Origin: Lingula anatina
Lineage: Eukaryota; Animalia; Brachiopoda
Length of the DNA stretch: 64,000 bases
Reading direction: 5' to 3'
Assembly (NCBI GenBank): GCA_051362555.1
Contig: CM120643.1
Coordinates: 23,316,848 to 23,380,847, forward strand
Part shown: one piece after another, positions 48,677 through 61,546 of the stretch
How positions within the stretch are numbered: the stretch's first letter is position 1
Layout: every line of letters begins with the position of its first letter
The notes under the pieces: model-generated
Seen by the model: only the letters and a program-made list of their open reading frames with translations
The model's database searches: none
Told to the model about the DNA's origin: nothing
Made by a program: the position numbers and the translations under genes

Positions 48677-51370
48677 CTGAAACAGAAAATACACAGAAAA
48701 TAGGTTACGCATTTCAATAAACAAATGACAGCTGACTGAAAATGAAAGTGATAAGGCACGGACAACCGGATCCTAAAAAACGGCAATAGGCAAATGCCAA
48801 CAGTCTGAAAATGAAAGTGAAATGCCCGCTGCTAGGTACTTATAAGTGCAAGATAAAACACAATTCGGATGAATGATAACAGCCCGCCGTCATATTAACC
48901 TGCATATAATGATAAAGTTTCAATCTCTGTCTTTAGAAATGCATCTTGATCAGAATATATATACCCTGTGCATTTTCTGAAACTTGTGTGAGTTCATTTG
49001 ATTCCAAATTTACATATAAGAATAAGGGCGTCGGACTGCCGGCAAGTGCTTGCAAGGTTTTCATAGAATAATATTTTATTATTGTGACAAGACACCACTG
49101 TCTGCATGCAATATGCACAGGTGGAATTTTTTTTACTTGGGTCATTACACACAAAAAAAAGAAAAAAAATTACCACGATCATATTGTTTGGAACAATTTA
49201 TACCTCTTTATATTTATACTGTTGATGTCTGACCATATTGGCGGCGGGGGGGGGGGGGAATAAATATAGTAAAATTGAGCTACAATAGCGGGACAAATCG
49301 AATTTATTAAAATATTGCCCAAAAAATGAGTGTCAACGGCGTGAATCAAATGTTCATATTTTAGAGTGACCCACATTTGAAACACGGGTTCCAACAGGTT
49401 GCTGAACTTTCGCACTAAGCGTCATGTTGTACGTAGCGACAAAAAGTTGTCAAATAATCTTTAATGAATACAAGAACACAGACAGTCTTATCGTGGCAAG
49501 AGAAATTGCATGTGTTTGAAGTGTGAAGCATCTGATAAAGGATTAAAAGTATTCCCGTGTTTTTCACTCACTCAAAGAAGTTTGGGTTGATAAACCTTGG
49601 GGTTAAACAAGGGGCATGAAAATTAACCACAGGATACCAATCCAGGGGCGGAATAGCACTTTAAATAGTGCATTTAGTGAGAGAAGGATATTTTCATTTC
49701 CGAACATGCTTTCTTTTTTAACGATCTTCTCCTTGTTCCTTTATTTCAAGTAACCTATTTGTAAGAAATATTTCTTGAGTATTATTTGCTGTGAATTATT
49801 TCGTCATTTAGTGCTCAGTAGAACCGTCACACGTCTTAAAACGCTTGATACTTCTTAATTAAAAAACGGCGTGTTGAGGAACGTGACAGATAAACATCTG
49901 TGTGCCTGATATAACACTGACGTCTCTGTATCAAAATTGTCAATGCAATCTGATTCTGGGTATTGTCGCCATGCGACAAATGTCATCAAAGGACTCGAAT
50001 CTTTTTTAAGAAAAGCAGAAAAGCAGATATTTTTATATCTCGATCGATCACTGAGATGCCATATGCTATATAGCAACGTGTCATTCAAAGTTTAATGGAC
50101 AAATAGGGACTCGTACCAGAAGAAAGCAAAACTATAAGCAGTCCCTCGCGCGCAAGGTAGATTGATGATTTGATTCTGTTTCAAGGAGGGAGTTTTCAAG
50201 ACGACAAGTTTTGTTTGAACCGTGCTCTTCAAATTCGACTTGAAACGTGTCAAATAATCCCCATTCATGCGCATGTGGAGAGATCCACCCTAGGCACCAT
50301 CATAACATGTCGGTTAGTACCATGGAACTAGAAGCCTATCCATGGGAAATCCTTACACAAAAGAGACTGGAGAAAAGCACCCATGAACTCTACTAATTTG
50401 CCTCATTGTACAGCGCATTTGGCAAAAGCCTTTCTCCATATTAATTCCTTTTATTGGTGTGTTTTACAAGGATATGTTTTACAAATTTCGGTCAAAAAAC
50501 GATAAGTCAAACGCAGTGATGGTCTAGTTTTCTAATCAGACCTAATTATGAATGTCAGTTAACTATTAAGCTCAGTTATTTACAGCACGGCGCTAAGAAA
50601 ATATTGGCATTAAAGGTCAGACCCGACAGACACAAAACATACCTGCACTTTTGTCAAAGCTCGGTTAATTTAAAAGCTGTTTTTTATTATGGGTCAAGGT
50701 TGACAGTCTTAAACGACAACATATTAAAGCACTCCCTGGTAATTGTTGGTACTTAAACATATTAACCTCGGTTGTTAAATTGTAAGACGGATATACAGGT
50801 AATGTCGCGTGTTACACCTGTCACAATTTCAGCTTTGACTGGAGAGATATTTTAGGAGGTTTTCATTTTTGTTGGAAGGAAATCAAGTGGACGGCAGAGA
50901 TTATTTGAAAATACAATTTAAAGCATGACCGCTTTCCAAGAATGTCACTATTCTAATGTACCAAAAGGTGGTATTTCTAAAATTTAAAGAAAACACTTGA
51001 GACACTGTATTAATATGCTCTGTGCCATTTGTGACTCGAAAAATGGATGGATATTGTGGCAGACTGGTATGGAAATTTTGCACTGGTTTCTGATTTCGCT
51101 TAGACAATATTAGTAACCTTGACAGCTGTGCACTTTTATCAACACAAAGCAGCTATTTTTCCGTCCTTTGTGTAATGCAACAACATTGGCACAAATAAAA
51201 AACGTTTGATAAGAGGTAGCAATAGTGAGAGAAGGCGTGTTCAAAGTCTTATGGAGTCTGGTAATGTTTATATTTTTGGTGAGTGTCACATGTACCAAAT
51301 CTTATCAAAAATACGCTGAACAATATAAATACCAAATAATTTCTTAATTTCTAAGTGAAACAGTTCTCAC

Positions 51371-51560
51371 CATCTGCACTAACGAGCCTGGATCGCACTA
51401 GATCGTTCTTATTCCCAACCAGGATCGTAGGGCAGGTCCTGCTCTCGGAATGTCTCAAATTTCTTAGAATGTCTTCCGCGTGTGCGTACGAAGGGCGGTC
51501 TGAAAGGGCGTACACCACCACATAGGCGTCTATATCTTCAGGTTCAGGTTGTCTTGCTAG
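51371..51560 (-). CDS. RGK-like small GTPase B, exon 3
   Basis: ctttctag acceptor, GTGAGA donor, 190 nt as in paralog A; LARQPEPEDIDAYVVVYALSDRPSYAHAEDILRNLRHSESRTCPTILVGNKNDLVRSRLVSAD. Confidence 0.9.
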
Positions 51561-52977
51561 CTAGAAAGAAAATTGATAGAGAGTTAAACTGCAGTTTTGC
51601 TTGGCTGTTTAGACGTGCATCGCTTTGGTGATTTGGTATAATACATTTAACATTTTTTTTATACGATAGACAAGTATACCGATGCTGGTTTTGGTAAATA
51701 AGGCTTTAAAAGAAGCAATTTAAAAGCAAAAAATATTATATCTGAATTGATTGAAAAGAGAGACACTGAATCTGGATATAGATAAACTTTCGGTTCTGTT
51801 TCCTTCGAAGCAGGAGCACTGGCAAGAAAGAAAGCAGCCATTTAGGCTTAGCGTTTAGCCATTATAATGGTACATCGAGCAGATTTTCGAATAAGATTAT
51901 TATTTTTTTTTTGTGATTAATAACGACTGTACTCTTAAACATATCATATTTACAATACACAAAGAAAAACTGCTGTTTAAATTAAGGACGTGATAAGATG
52001 CATGTATACCACGCACAGAGGACCATGATTTATAATTGGTCTTGAATACACATGAGGCTGCGGCCAAGATGAAGTTGACAGCTAGAGTAGAAAAAAAAAC
52101 TGTTTCGAACACTTAATCGCTCCGCGCCCATAATTTGCCTCTAAAATACATATGCCTTATACTGCTGTCGAGCCTCACTGTATTTTGTGGCAATTTACTG
52201 GCGTTCTGCTGTGATTATCTAGGCAATAACCCAGTAGGCAATAAGGTAAGTGAAATCTAGGTTCTGCTAATGTTATCTAGATTAAGAGATTCGCGGTATA
52301 TATAATCGTGCCAAAGCTTTTCGTGAAAAGCTGCTGTCACTGGCGGATCTACATGTAAGATCTCAAGACTGACAGCATATTGATCCGCATTTTTGATAAC
52401 AATACTATTTACTATTCTGTACGTTATTTCATGGTGATTTACTTGAACTTAGAGTGATGACATTTATTCTAATCTACACTTGTTGCGTTGAAATAAAATT
52501 CTAAAATTATATTATGTGTATGCTGCCACCCGCGGGATTTTATAGATCGGTAATTGTCTAAGGTTTCTGTGGAACGAGGCGTCTCACAGGTTAAATCCCC
52601 AAGTGATCATTTCACAAAAACGACTTTCGTCAAAGTAAATCAGGCAATTTCAGATATTGCCTGGTTACGTTTTTCAATAATGATGCGACGAGGTGGTCCT
52701 GCACTGTTCTAAAAAAAAAATCCATTTGTAGAGAGACTGTGAACCTTTGGAATGATCCAATTGCAATGATCTCCTTAATGTATGACCCCTTGTCAAAGGG
52801 GAGCCTTTATATAGGATTCATTACTCTTAATTGGTACCAGTTCAAAAGCCAGAGAGAAATGAAAGACATCGAGTCTCACATCTGATCTGTGCGAACAGTT
52901 AATGATGATCTAAAGAGACCTCCGACTTTGTCAGGATCACTTTCCTTGCCGTGTGACAGGAATGTAATCCTAGGGTT

Positions 52978-53080
52978 GGGAGTCTGGTGTCCCATATGAT
53001 TAGTACAGGTTAGGGTTAGTCGGAGTATTTGGGTTAGCTTATGAAAGGAATGCCACCTGTACAAAGTAATGGGAAAGGGA
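52978..53080 (+). repeat. Interspersed repeat shared with ~59544-59640
   Basis: cccatatgattagtacaggttagggtta.tcggagtatt is near-identical at 52991 and 59555, with weaker flanking similarity. Confidence 0.75.
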
Positions 53081-53261
53081 CTATGGTCCCAAGCGGGCTA
53101 CCAGTACTGTCGCAGGACGTTTTCTGAAGCGAACCACTTCGCCTGTCACATGGGTATCACGTGATCCTCACATGACCAACATGGGTGGAGGCAGATAACA
53201 CCCTCCTGACATCCCACCCCCTCCCGCTACCCGGACGCAACTAGTGGTGTAGCATATTTAC

Positions 53262-53338
53262 CTGTCTGCTATTATAAAAACGTAGTTCCGATTCTTCGCC
53301 ATCTAGAGATATAGATACAATTACTTCACAGCTATCAT
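53262..53338 (-). CDS. RGK-like small GTPase B, exon 2
   Basis: tatttgcag acceptor, GTAAAT donor, 77 nt, phase 1-0; NDSCEVIVSISLDGEESELRFYNSRQ. Confidence 0.88.
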
Positions 53339-53819
53339 CTGCAAATAAAACAAAAATGCACATTATCACAACTCAGAGGGGAAGGTGGCATTTTAAAAAA
53401 ATGATATATAAAAACAAATAAGACAATGATTATTGACGTTTTGTGCCAAACATTTGTAAAGAATATTTTATTAAGTACGTTCTGCATGTTCTAAAAAAAT
53501 CTTATAGAGCGTTGAATTGATGGCGTTCAATCGGCCGTGAAAGTCAAGCTCGGTCTTAGGGTAAATATGCTCTTTTTCACACTTGGTAGAACATACTTTT
53601 GAGTTTTTTTTATTTTATAGATCAATATTAATAATTTTGATAACATGAAAGTGCAACGTGCTCCAATGAAAAACAATGTTATGTTGCTATCATATTCCTT
53701 TCATGCTGACTTTCTTCAACTCAGATGACTTGAAACGTCCATGAATGAGATGACACCATAACAACATATCGTCCGCCAGTGCAGTATATCCAATGCACTT
53801 TTAACGCGGGCGTCTCTAT

Positions 53820-53962
53820 AATCCGAGGGTTCATTAGTTTGAAGATTCATTGGTCCGAAAAATCGTATTCATACGACTCTGATGAACTTCACTTTATTGC
53901 TACCATATATTTTATTCATGCATTAATTCGGACTATTGAAAATTCGGAACAATGAACCTGGG
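53820..53962. mobile_element. Small MITE-like element with inverted subterminal repeats
   Basis: ggttcattagtttgaa / gattcattggtccgaa on the left, and ttcggactattgaa / ttcggaacaatgaacc on the right. Confidence 0.5.
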
Positions 53963-56900
53963 GTCTAGTATATCAAGTAAACACAAAATGAACACCGGCT
54001 TTGGGGAAGATGGCGCTTATCCTTCTCCTTCGAATTACAATACCAGTAGTTTCAGCTTATTCCTATTACCATATTGCTTGACAAGGCTGCATTATTAAGC
54101 ATTGTCACTAATTAGTAAGATTTTGCCACTCCTGCGGCTATAAGACAACACTAACTAGTGACATTTTTGACACCACAATGACTTTGAATTTCAAACCAAA
54201 AATGCTAACGCCAAGGTGTTTAACCCCTATCATCTGCTGTCCTCGAAAGACGATGTAAAGTTCTTTTATGGTAACACTGAACTCGATCATGCAATCTCGT
54301 CACGATTCTGCTGCAATACAGCTTATTTTATCTTTTGAAAAAATCAGTAGTTATTAACGGTATTATTGCCTTCCATGAATGTCTCTCTTGGGCGGTTGTC
54401 ATCTTGAAAATTGTCATAATGTTAACCACAGTGCTCTGCAGAAAGTAATTATTCAAGATGTCTCTAAATGCAGCACTTAGTCCATGTGCAGCGTTCTTGA
54501 CTGAAATTAAGTTCCATTGTTAGAAAATCTTTGGAATTTGACAGAACTATATCTATTATTTTGTTTTTCCAGCATTGACCACTCTAGATATTTTTTTGTA
54601 TTTCCTTCTTTTTTTTTCATGGCACTGGGCAGTTAATTGTAGACTTTATTGACAAATCATCGTTAATTCTATTTACAGAATAAAGACAAAGACCTGCGTG
54701 AATGTTTCATTGCCCTACGTGTATAAGCAGCATGTGGTAGCATGTGTTTGTTAGCTAAATCAACCAGGGTATGAACATGTCGATAAACTTCGTTCTTTAT
54801 CTAATTCTGCGTGATTGCGAGTTAATCAAAACGTTTCCTATAATGACTGATAATTTGTTTTGTTCTCTCACTGCAGGGAAGATCACAGCATTATGGCGAT
54901 AATTTGTTATGATTTCTAATCGAATGAAAGATCACAGCATTCTTATAACAGCACTTGTACCATAGACCTAAGCTTTTTCACGAAACTATTCAGCAAAGTA
55001 ACAATATACTTGTTTCTCAAACCACGTGGACAAAAATGCGGCATATAGTCAGTTTATATAAACAATCTTAATTGTTTAATTTCAATTTTTAATTTACACA
55101 GTGTTGCACCCTGGAAGAGCGAGCAGTTATGAAATACGCCCCAATTAAAGATTCGTTTTAAACCCATCCGATAGGGTGCTCTCAAAATTTCTTTTGATCT
55201 ACTTCTTCTGAGCTATTGATTTTAGAAGAATAGGCCTACATTGCGTTTTGAAAAATAAGATGACTTTTTACATTCAACATTGGCCATACTTATGTCAGTG
55301 CATTAACATTTTAAAGGTGCAGAATTTACACTAAACCATACAATACCCAGTACCTACCAGCACAGTAGCACAATGATCTCTGGCCATGGGCGGTACATTG
55401 TTTAAAAAGCTCAGTGACCTTACAATTAAAAGTTCCAAACAACTTCATTATTCGGGAAATTTCTAGCAGCAATGCAAATCTGCATTGCATTTAGTGAAAG
55501 ATTACACGCACCGTTCATGATATGCATGTTGCAACTGTTTTTTTTCGCCGATGATTCCCTATAGTTTCTGGTATTACATTAACGTATATTTTTAAGTACC
55601 GTTTTGCATGCTTTACAGTCCAAGGCAATTCATTGTGCAATATTCTCATTACCAACACTTTTTCCGTCGTTTTACTATAATGTGAACTTGAGGGTCATTT
55701 GGGACTTCAGCTGAAAGCTATGGGGACGCTATTACCCTATGTAAGATTAAGTGCGGTTCATAATCACAAAAATAGAAAAGAGGCATCCAAAAAGTTACAT
55801 TAATGGAAACCTTGTTCTCCTTACTTCAAAGAAAGTGATATGTTGCAGCATGATAGCGTCCAGACACGTAGGCCTACGGTAAGCATGCCTTGAACATGCA
55901 TTGATCAAGATGGACGAGTTCTACTGTATATATATATACAGGTATTCTCATTTCCAAATATGCTAAAAATTAACCATCTTGTACATGAATAGACCTTGAT
56001 TCACCAAAAATTGCTAAATCATTCTAAGTGGGTTTGCGTCGTTTCTACAAAGCTACTGCGCGTTCAGTAACCTCCCCCTTCCCTTAAATGTTGAAGCACT
56101 GTTAATTCAGTAGTGATTCACTTATCCCCGTGCGAAATAGATGGATTTAAACCCAAATGGCGAAAGCTGTTTTATGACTTTCCTGAAAGCACTTTTCATC
56201 TTTGCAGATAATGTAAATTTTATACGCTGCAAATTAAAAACATTAAATGTGAAAACTCATCCATTTTGCAATCTACCCTTTGTCACTAATCAAATATGTT
56301 CGATGGCGCGTTTGATGAGTAAGGGGGTAAATTGCAAAATTCTTTTCTTGTGCACAATACGCTCGCTTCTTATTAATATGCACTTGCTTGTAATTAAGAG
56401 AAATACATTACGTAAGATTCAATATCGAAACGTTCCTGATAGTTATAAAGCAATGGTTAAATCATAAAAAACAAGATTTAATACAGGTCATGAACAGCAA
56501 TCACAGCATATACCAAAACTTTTCCTATGATACCCAATAGCTGGATGCTTGTTAAACAAAAATTTAAGTCTACTTAAAAAGTTCACGTTCTACTCTTGCA
56601 TGAACATTAAGTTCCAATGCAACATGCTATCAATTCCTTATCCACACTGTTTTTATCTTGTCACATTCAATACCATCTTTCGGTATAATATCGCAAAACA
56701 GTATCTCCAGCTAACCAAAGTATCACTCAGTCTAGACGTATTAATTTTGCCTTTTGCCCATAATGGGAATGTGCACATCGCTACATTGAATTAAGACAGG
56801 ACATCCATTTTACCGAACCTTCACTGTCATAAACTCGTCGAACGCGCATTTAATCATCGTGCGTCAAACCATACGTACTTTTGTTTGACCTACTGTATAT

Positions 56901-57087
56901 AATGAACGAAAATATTTTCTGATCTTTCGATGCGGGTATGAAGTTTACGTCCATGCGTGTAGAATTATGGGGCAGTAATGCAAAATAACGGTCGTGTTTA
57001 TTTTACAAAACGGTCAATGACGCTCACTGCCCGAGAAAATGTTCACAAACTCAATAAATTATTAGAAAATAGTGCAAGGTGGTTTAG

Positions 57088-57090
<3 letters not shown>

Positions 57091-57125
<35 letters not shown>

Positions 57126-57423
57126 AGAGAGAGAGAATATTTAGTCACGATATTAGGAACTCATGTACTGGTAGCCTTGACTAGTACTCGATCAATGGCT
57201 GATTACTGAGAAGAACACGAAGAACCATTATTTCAAATGGCAAATTAAGGTAACTCAAGGCGTACATATATGGAAAGCTACAATTCAATCGGTCGCCGGG
57301 CAACGTGGTTGGAGAATGCGAGGCATAATTGGACAAAGACAGGTATATTTCATTAAAATCAGCCGCTCGGTAAAGTGTTACCTCCTGGAGACTGTAGAGA
57401 GAGAGAAAGAGAGAGAGAGAGAT

Positions 57424-57504
<81 letters not shown>

Positions 57505-57555
57505 TGAAGAGAGAGAGAGAGAGAGATGAAGAGAGAGAGAGAGACAGAGAGAGAA
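57091..57555. repeat. (GA)n tracts (57091-57136 and 57396-57555, the latter punctuated by GATGAA)
   Basis: Direct observation; explains the ER/SL-rich ORF artefacts. Confidence 0.95.
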
Positions 57556-57813
57556 TCGATGTGCACAAAAGACTGAAACTTGAGACTCAACTGAATTTGC
57601 GCTGCTTATAATCAGAGTTACCAATAAGCCCACTTTGCATGTAGTGTTTTAAGATTTCATAAAGTAGGCTAAATTGTACCCTCAGACACGTAATTCAACT
57701 ATGGACACTACACTGCAGAGGGAGGGAGAGAGAACGGATAGATTATAAAGACTACGATAAATTTCTTGGTTGAAAAAAAAAACATGATAACAAAAAGAAA
57801 ACCATCAACTTAC

Positions 57814-58396
57814 TGGGGTCTGTGTCAAAAGTGTCCACGTAGCCCGAACTCGTAAACTGCTGAGATAACGCCGTCTTACCAACTCCCTCGTCCCCGACGA
57901 TAGCAACTTTATATGAAGGGATATCATCAGAAACAGGCTGCGTCTTAGCGAGATCATCCACGTTACAGAACACAGCTTTATTCTGCCGGAGAGAGAACGA
58001 GTCCCCCGTGTTGCTCCCGTCGCCATCGACGCTATGGCAACTCCCCACCGACGAGTCACTATTAATACTGTGCGTCCTCCGGCGTTTCACAGAGTCCCCT
58101 CTTTTAAGAAGTCCCTTTGAAGAAAGACTGAACTCGCGTAGAACGTAAAACTCATCACTGCTTTGTTGTCGGTGGAATCTAGTATTTCGCGACGAAAATG
58201 CACTCGCAGGTAGGGTCTCACTGCGGAGTCGAAACCCATCCTGCCAGTTGTTAATTTTGGTGCGAAAGCCCGGTGAATGGTCATCAAGGGCCCACTGCTT
58301 GGGAACCGCTCGGTCATCATCTATATCAAATACATTGTCGTCCCCCATGTTATTAGACGAACAAGAACCAGTGCTGTTGAGTCGCTGTTGTGACAT
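57814..58396 (-). CDS. RGK-like small GTPase B, exon 1 (gene 48450-58396, 358 aa)
   Basis: First ATG in the open frame is at 58396 (MSQQRLNS...); YKVAIVGDEGVGKTALSQQFT (G1) ...DTFDTDP+A, GTAAGT donor, phase 1. The four exons sum to 1077 nt in frame. Confidence 0.9.
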
Positions 58397-58529
58397 TCTG
58401 ATAAAATGCAGCCTCTGCAAGCCTTTATAAACTCTTCCCAACAACCGACTTGGTCCCTTTTAATTTTCTATAATCGATGCGTTGAAGACGCGCGCCGCAT
58501 TTTTAACCGAAGCTCTATCCAGTCAGCAT

Positions 58530-58645
58530 ACGCCAATGAGATTGCTGAGATATTCTGAGAAAAAAAGAAGTGACGTCATGCTGTGACGCGGTCACCTGAC
58601 TCATAGGTCGCTTTCCCTCTCTGCGCGGGGATTCCCGTCCAATCA
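58530..58645 (-). promoter_or_regulatory. Candidate proximal promoter of RGK-B (CRE, AP-1, NF-kB, CCAAT)
   Basis: CCAAT 58533, TGACGTCA 58571, TGACG 58584, TGACTCA 58597, GGGGATTCCC 58627 and CCAAT 58639, in a CpG-rich patch 140-250 bp upstream of the ATG. Confidence 0.6.
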
Positions 58646-59675
58646 AAGATTCAGTTGGTTACTTCTCCTGTATATCTGTTTTACTCATTTTCCACTAAAA
58701 CGCGTCTCTGTTCCGGTGTTGGTACCTGTGCATCTGTACATATAGTCACACAGTGGACAGATCTATAGCAGACACACACACACACACACATACATACACA
58801 CAGAAAGAGAGAGAGAGAGAGAGAGAGAGAACATAGACGGTCACCGGATAGAAGACTTTGTTAATTCTCACATTTCACTACTAACTAAATTAACCAACTT
58901 TGCAATTAAAGAAATGCATCGATTTGGTGAGTTGACAAGCCCTGTCCCCTTTCGAACCATTTTGGCTCGGCTTGGATGGTGATATTTTGGCAAGATTGCC
59001 CCACCATCCTCAAATATCATGTTTTCTTGAACCACGCACATGTACGTCGCATTCGATCTAGTCTATCAATACAATGACCTATCTTGATCAATACAAGTCG
59101 CATTTTTTGTGACTCGTTTTCTGATAAAGCTGCCTTTCCGGCTTTTATATAGGATTTCACGCAACGCACGTCAGCGTCAATTGGATTCCCTTTGAAGACG
59201 TTAAAAGAAGAAGCAGGTGGTCGTGAGTTCAAATAATTTCAATTTCATTGACGAATGCCCGCTGGTACCAGGACAGTGCACGGAGTTAGAAGGCGTGGGA
59301 CTTCAGTAGAATATAAGGCACTTCAGGATAGTGTACCAGGGCTTATGAAACATGCTGATTTGATTATTAACTTTTACTCTCTAACAATCTATTTATATGC
59401 AAAATTGTCAGTCATATACATATATGCAAGCCATTGCAGACTCACAGATACCGCAGTGATTGACAGGTGTCGTTTGAGCATTGCCCAGACAATGTAAACT
59501 GGTATTTCTCACAGTGAGACATTGATGTCAGTCCTAGTAAAAGAAGTCTGGGCTCCCATATGATTAGTACAGGTTAGGGTTATTCGGAGTATTGGTATTA
59601 GTATATGAGAAGAAAGTCTCCTGTATTTAGTTATGGGGAACGAACAACAATTCCTAGTGGACCTCCATTCACCGT

Positions 59676-59678
<3 letters not shown>

Positions 59679-59748
<70 letters not shown>
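59679..59748. repeat. (TA)n microsatellite
   Basis: Direct observation. Confidence 0.95.
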
Positions 59749-59751
<3 letters not shown>

Positions 59752-60208
59752 GTCAAAACTACGTGGGCTATGAGTGCAGTTCGTGTAGCAGAAGCTGCGC
59801 ATAAAGACTTAATTTGTGGGAAATTTCAAAGAGAAATCTATTATAGTGCATTATAAAAGAATTATGGGTCCTCTAATGTTACTAATGCAATTGTGCCTGA
59901 TCTAGTGTTTCACGCATATGGTGGACTGTTTCATGATCACTTGACGTCTATGTCCAATAACGAGAAAAAATCTGGGTCACGTTCAATGCACTCCTATACA
60001 CTTTTCTGTGGATTTCCAATTCAATTTGTCTCGCAGGGTCTAATGTCATCGCGCTTACCACGAAGAACTCGACTAGAGTATTGTTTCCTAATATGACAGA
60101 CTCACAAACCTCTTCTTTTTCACTTTTTCTTTAATAACTGGAGTGACAGTTCATGTATTAGACAACAACTGTAACAAACATGACGCACACGTGAAATACA
60201 TCTACACG

Positions 60209-60247
60209 TTATTATTATAATCATTATTAGTAGTAGTATTATTATTA

Positions 60248-60288
<41 letters not shown>

Positions 60289-60373
60289 TTTCTTGTTGTT
60301 GTTGTTATAGTAATTATTTTAATTATAATTATTATTTTAGTGCTGTTGTTGTGAATGTTGTTGTTGTTGTTGT
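60209..60373. repeat. (TTA)n/(TTG)n low-complexity tract
   Basis: Direct observation. Confidence 0.85.
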
Positions 60374-61491
60374 CACTCATAGGAAGTTCACAGATTGAAA
60401 AGTTCTGGTGTTCTATGATATAAGATCACAGTGACCTGTGCAAATGACCAGCCATCGGTTAGCGTGGACGGCAGTCTTTATAGAGTTGAACTCTGTGTGA
60501 CCAATGTGCAACCTCTTAATATACCTGATTTGCGAAGTCTAATTGAGCAAGAGAATGGGCGATATCCTGGTCTATAAGCTGGCATATCCGGTTTATTCTT
60601 AAACATATGGCAAGCATATCAGTGTTTTCACACTGTAGAGACAGCCGGGCCAGTCCGGATCGTATTTATAAGTTTTGAAATCGTTTCTGTTTAAAACATT
60701 TAAAGGCACGCGTAGATGTCATTACTTCACGCAGTGCCTCACGGGTTTAGCTAAATTACATGTAGATAAGGTTTATTGTTGTACTATCACTCGTTTGTCA
60801 TATCAGAACCAAGATCGCTTGAAATTGATCAATGGTGTAAATCCGGCACGAAATCAACGTATGTCGCTGATATTGATGGCTTGCGGGTATTACATGTACT
60901 TCTATGGTAATATGCATTATGTCTATAGCTAATACATCGTAAATCTTGAGTTCAAGGCCACATATGCATTAAATGCAATTATACATGTACATATGTACTT
61001 CTGCTCATTAGATATAAATTACAGTCGCCCCACATATTCCACTTCTGGCACCGTGTTTGACTTCAGTTATGAAAATTTAATACTGGTACGTACATGTATC
61101 AGTTGCCACAGATAACCCAAAAGACGTGGACTGATGACGTGGAACGGACATCAGAAATTTGAACCATTCCCGACCTAGAAAGACATTTGACATAAAATGC
61201 CCCTATACGTGTCTATAATTCAGTACCAGCGCAATGTAGGTGGATTGCATGTAATGCAATATTATACCCCACGCATGAAAGTTTCCCCTTTGTTTTACGT
61301 AAAACGCATCAACGTGAAATCTGGATACGCATTTAAACACAAGAAAAATACAGGCTTATGCCACTGCTAAAACAGTATCACTGCCTGTAATTATTTTTTT
61401 CTTTCATATCTTACTTGACAAGAATTGCCAACCTTAAAATAACCAAGATGACACGATGATGATAAATTGAATACTGCGACACGAACAATAC

Positions 61492-61493
61492 GT

Positions 61494-61541
<48 letters not shown>
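61492..61541. repeat. (GT)n microsatellite
   Basis: Direct observation. Confidence 0.95.

Positions 61542-61546
<5 letters not shown>

Noticed and set aside
57181-57633. ORFs rich in SL/ER repeats
   Set aside because: Translations of (GA)n microsatellites. The same applies to the HT/CV, IY, poly-Y and poly-T ORFs at 20058, 33257, 59509, 18896, 60120 and 61467.
39133-58396. The two homologous P-loop exons as alternative first exons of a single RGK gene
   Set aside because: RGK-B has its own exons 2-4 (53262-53338, 51371-51560, 48450-48676), missed by the ORF track, so these are two genes. Cross-splicing is phase-compatible, but there is no evidence for it.
58397-58444. N-terminal extension MLGRVYKG... 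of the 230-aa ORF
   Set aside because: It starts at TTG, a non-ATG call; the first ATG is at 58396.
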